Shown: positions 60,386 to 64,000 of the stretch, one piece after another
How the letters are laid out: every line of letters begins with the position of its first letter
Numbering within the stretch: position 1 is the stretch's first letter
DNA from: Neophaeotheca triangularis
Taxonomy: Eukaryota
DNA length: 64,000 nucleotides
NCBI GenBank assembly: GCA_054600435.1
Contig: BAAIJX010000001.1
Location: forward strand, 930,001-994,000
Direction of reading: 5' to 3'
Notes under the pieces: model-generated
What the model was told of the DNA's origin: nothing
The model's database searches: none
The model's input: the letters and a program-made list of their open reading frames with translations, nothing else
Made by a program: the position numbers and the translations under genes

Positions 60386-60504
60386 ACATACGACCACAGC
60401 TTAGTGAATCTAAGGCATCCCGTCCGCTCTGCCATTTTCAAGCACTAAAGCGGGTGATTAGTACTACGGTGGGTGACCACGTGGGAATCCCACCTGTTGT
60501 ATGT
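60386..60504 (+). rRNA. 5S: Dispersed 5S rRNA gene (divergent type)
   Basis: About 119 nt. Ends ACATACGAC / GTTGTATGT pair as helix I. Conserved TCCCGTCCGCTC, TTAGTA, GGTGGGTGACCAC and GAATCC. TATA-like tattatatta about 30 nt upstream; T-tract terminator downstream. Confidence 0.93.
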
Positions 60505-60534
60505 TTTTTGGCCTTTTTTGGCCTTTTTTTGGCC
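60504..60534 (+). terminator. RNA polymerase III terminator, three T-tracts separated by GGCC
   Basis: tttttt-ggcc-tttttt-ggcc-ttttttt-ggcc directly after the 5S gene. Confidence 0.8.
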
Positions 60535-61343
60535 GGGTTTCGGTTTTCTAGTCCAGTTCGGTGGTCGGGGGGAGTACGGAGTGTTTTTCCGCTTAGAAGG
60601 ACCGAGCTTTTTTGATAGAGTCCGTGCGGCTGTCTGGTCGGGTTAGAGTTTGGTTACTCCTTTCTATGGATGGTGTAGGGTGTATATCAGGTTGACGAGA
60701 TACTGACGTCGTTGAGCATTGTTGCTGTCCTTGTTTCGAGTTGTAAGCGGACCGAATGGCATCGAATTTACAAGTAATGGTACAGGCTGAGCACCGCCAA
60801 AGCCAGTCAGGGACAGCTCTATTTTTCAAACGAGCACCTTGAAAATGCGCGCCTCGAACATTAACAAGAGATGCTCTCGGTGTCTTACCGCTCGCTGCAG
60901 GGCCAGTCAGGTGCATGCAAATATCTGAGGTTGTTCGTGCCAGCATGAGAATTGGTCGCACCGCAAGAGTAACGTATGCACAGATGTCGATTGAGCTGAC
61001 CATGAAGTCGCAAAAGCGAGAAACGATATTGAGCCCTAACATGTGCCTTACAGACAAGGCATCAACCCAAGTGACGGCAGCGCGGTGATGCTTATGCGTG
61101 GTAGTCAAACTGACATACGGGTCGAGAGCAAGAACATGCGCCATTGTATGCATCCCGATAGCATGCATGAAAGGTATTGAGACTTTGATGTAACGTCAGA
61201 TGCTCAAGCAGGTCAGCTAGTTTAAAACACATAGGCCTCTGCAAGTCGTCTGTCGCAATACCTCTGTTGCCGCCTGCTCAGTCTCTCCATCGTAATCGAA
61301 GACATCTCGTCTGAGCACGACCGAGGTTGTTCTGGGCCTCTGG

Positions 61344-64000
61344 CTATGCGCGCGGGCGGTCCGGGGGGACCTCTTGTAGTGAAAGAGTCTGATCGGCGGC
61401 TCCGGCCGTGGAATAACTGCTGTGTACACCTGGCTGGTATGGTGAGCCGTAAACTGACTGTGGTTGGGCCGCCTGGAACTGTTGGCCTGCTACCGGCTGA
61501 GACGAATGGAACTGCTGGACAGGTGGAGGCTGTGATGTCTGAAACTGCTGACCGACTGAAGCCACACTTGCTTGATAGAGTCCGCCTGGCAGATGCTGAG
61601 CATACTGAGCCTGTTGTGGACCATGCGCAGACGAGATGTTGAAGTGAGGTGGTTGTTGGCCATTGCTATACGAAGCTGGCGGAGTCGAGTTGTACGGTGA
61701 TCCAGTCGCAGTCGTGTAAACAGGCTGCTGGTGAACGAACTGTGACGGAAAGCTTTGGAAAGGGCTGGTGTTCGGCATTGCCGGTCGCATAGGCATTGGG
61801 GTCTGGCTGGGAGGTTGGAAGTAATGCGACTGGCTCTGAGGAGCGCCTTCAGCGAAGGTATCCGGGCTAAACTTGTCATATCTAGACTGGACCTCTTTCG
61901 CAATGTCGGCATCGGTGCGGCCGCTCTTGACTTTCCAGATATATTGATTGAACTCGTTAGAAACTTCGGCCACAGTCTTGAAGTGACGCGGTTCGACCAT
62001 GACTTTCGCGTCGGTGCTGGCGCTTTCGCTGCGTGCTAGGGCAATCGCACTTTGGAATGCGTTGCGGATCTGACGACCGTTCCAAGCTGGTCCTATGGAG
62101 TTGATGTTCTGGTTTTGCTCTCCATAAAGTTGCCGTGCAAAGGCGATCAACGAATCTGGATTGCACTCCAGCTCCATTGGTGACTCGCATGCACGCCGCA
62201 TCAGGTTCCGCCAGATCTTCTCGGTGGTCGGCCAATTCAGCGGTGGGTAGTACAAAGCCATATGTATCCTGGATTTGAAAGCCTCATCAAACACGCCGAT
62301 CCTGTTGGTCGTCAAAAACCTAATGAACATGTTAAAGAAGCTCACGGTCATAAAACTATGGTTCTGACTTACAGGATGCCTTCGTAGTACTCCAGAATTC
62401 GCAAAAAGACACTCACGAGGGCGTTTCGTTCGATATCCTGATTTGTGCGCTGCGCAAGAAAGATGTCCGCCTCGTCGAGAAGCATTACACAGTCCCATGC
62501 TTGTGCCAATTGGAAGGCTGTCTCTAACGTCGTCTCGACTTCCCTGGGTTTGAGCCCCAGGTCGCCGCAGGTAATGGGCAGAAGAGGCTTGCCATACGAG
62601 GCAGCCACACACTCTGCAGTCGCAGTCTTGCCGACGCCAGGTACTCCATGAAGTAATACGATGACTCCTTTGCCCTTTTCGCGGACAAGATCGAATTCCG
62701 CGTTTCTCGACTTATCTTCCGAGAAATGAGTGTTGATGAGCGCCTGGACGATGTTTTTATGCCCAGTAGGAATCTCAAGGTCTTGCCAGGGGTCGCTTCG
62801 CTGGTCGACATGAGTGAGATGCTTTCTACCGGAGTCGTCGGCACTGAGTCGTAGACAAGCTTTGTGTTCGGTCAGTTCTCTTCTGTCGGTCTGGTGGTCG
62901 CGCAGACTTACCCCAGCTCCGTGTACGTAAGACGTAACCAAAGACCCTGTCGGGGAGAAGTAGAAGGTCATCGCCATCTGGCGTTGCCTCGCCTTTGTTC
63001 CACCGCTGCCGTTTCAGTTCCTCCGCCTTTAGAAAGTCCTCGCTGACTCTCGCATCCCAAACGTTATCTCTCGCAGCCCTCTCAATCCCGTCGAACAACT
63101 CGGCAACGTCACTTTTCCACCACTGTGGCTCGGTAGTCGCAGGCCCCCACTCCGGGTTCGCTTGTATACCGCGTTCGAAATCGATGACCACCTGACTTTC
63201 CACTCGTTCGGTGAACAATCGATGGGATTCGAAGTCCTCTTTATCCCGCCGGTAGAGAGGCTCTCCCCCTGGTGTTTGTGTTATTGTTGTGCCTTGATAG
63301 TACCGATGCTGTGGTTTCATATAGCCCAAGAATTGTTTCCCCCTTTCGCGAAGATATTTCCGGCTCGCAACGTGGCCTATGTCCTCAGCGACTGCAAGAG
63401 GGATAATTGGAAGGCCTGCAATAGACATAGAATTCTCGAACATTTCGATCTGGAACTGCCGATAGACCCGAATGAAGTTGGCGCCATCATGATCCAGGTA
63501 ATAACAGTCTACGATGAAGGGACTAAACTTGCCCTCCCAATCTAGAATGTCTTCGTTGGGCGTGCTCAGATATTTTCGGCCCCCAGTGGCTTGGACGACC
63601 TTCCAGATTTTCTGCGGCGTTGACCTGTCCATGGCATACGCGAGAGATCCAATGGGAAAGAGATGCCAAATGTTGCTGAAATTTATTGAAGTCGGCTCGC
63701 TGTTGAAATAGGTCCAGACAGGTTGCAAGTACTCGCTAATGAAGCGAACAAGACATCGAAAATCATCAACGGCTTCCTTGACTTCTGACAAGGTAAGCTC
63801 GGACCAGTCAGTGCCCGTGAGGAATATCATGTCCTGTGGAAACTTTCGTTGGGCCAATGATTCAGCTTCCTGCTTGGATTTGTTGTCCTTGGGCTGGATC
63901 TCAGTGTTCTCTTCGGTGTCGAAATCTTTGGCGTCGGTCCCGTGAATCCTTTCACTTTGCTGTTCGCAAGCTGCTGCCATAGGTTCGAGCGATTGACTGA
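61344..64000 (-). CDS. Fungal AAA+ ATPase family protein, 3' part; the start probably lies beyond the right edge
   Basis: Walker A LLHGVPGVGKTATAE, Walker B MLLDEADIFL, then RNALVSVFLRILEYYEGIL/FLTTNRIGVFDEAFKSRIH and WNGRQIRNAFQ. Introns about 62911-62862 and 62372-62320. The frame is open to the window edge; Q/P-rich tail. Confidence 0.9.

Noticed and set aside
1..64000. CRISPR arrays, tRNA genes, secondary-metabolite backbone genes
   Set aside because: None seen by eye; the DNA is eukaryotic, with no repeat-spacer structure, cloverleaf or PKS/NRPS motifs

Overview
Gene-dense, intron-containing DNA from a filamentous ascomycete (GT-AG introns with CTAAC branch points; a Dothideomycete is my inference from gene content and style). 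About 25 intact or edge-truncated protein genes are supported: sterol O-acyltransferase (partial), SLC35F-type transporter, F-box-like protein, MKK1-type MAPKK, GPI cell-wall protein, CAP10/GT90 glycosyltransferase, a basic disordered protein, RBG1/DRG1 GTPase, PXA-domain protein, CENP-B-type HTH protein, GH3 beta-glucosidase, a divergent arsH/ACR3 pair, Med15, a divergent TIM-barrel/UPF0261 pair, a small membrane protein, yippee, Zn-dependent dehydrogenase, KH RNA-binding protein, a small hydrophilic protein, GRR1, a hydrophobin-like protein and an AAA+ ATPase (partial). There is also one decayed alpha/beta-hydrolase pseudogene and one dispersed, sequence-divergent 5S rRNA gene. The best candidate for an undescribed system is the head-to-head pair at 43.5-46.2 kb, which encodes separately the two domains fused in the plant antiviral protein Tm-1. 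Other highlights: a NuSAP-like motif in the 866-aa basic protein, a 1.14-kb intron with a stop codon at its donor, a 10-cysteine hydrophobin, and in-frame stop-free introns. All family calls come from recognising motifs by eye; no searches were run, and exon boundaries are manual.
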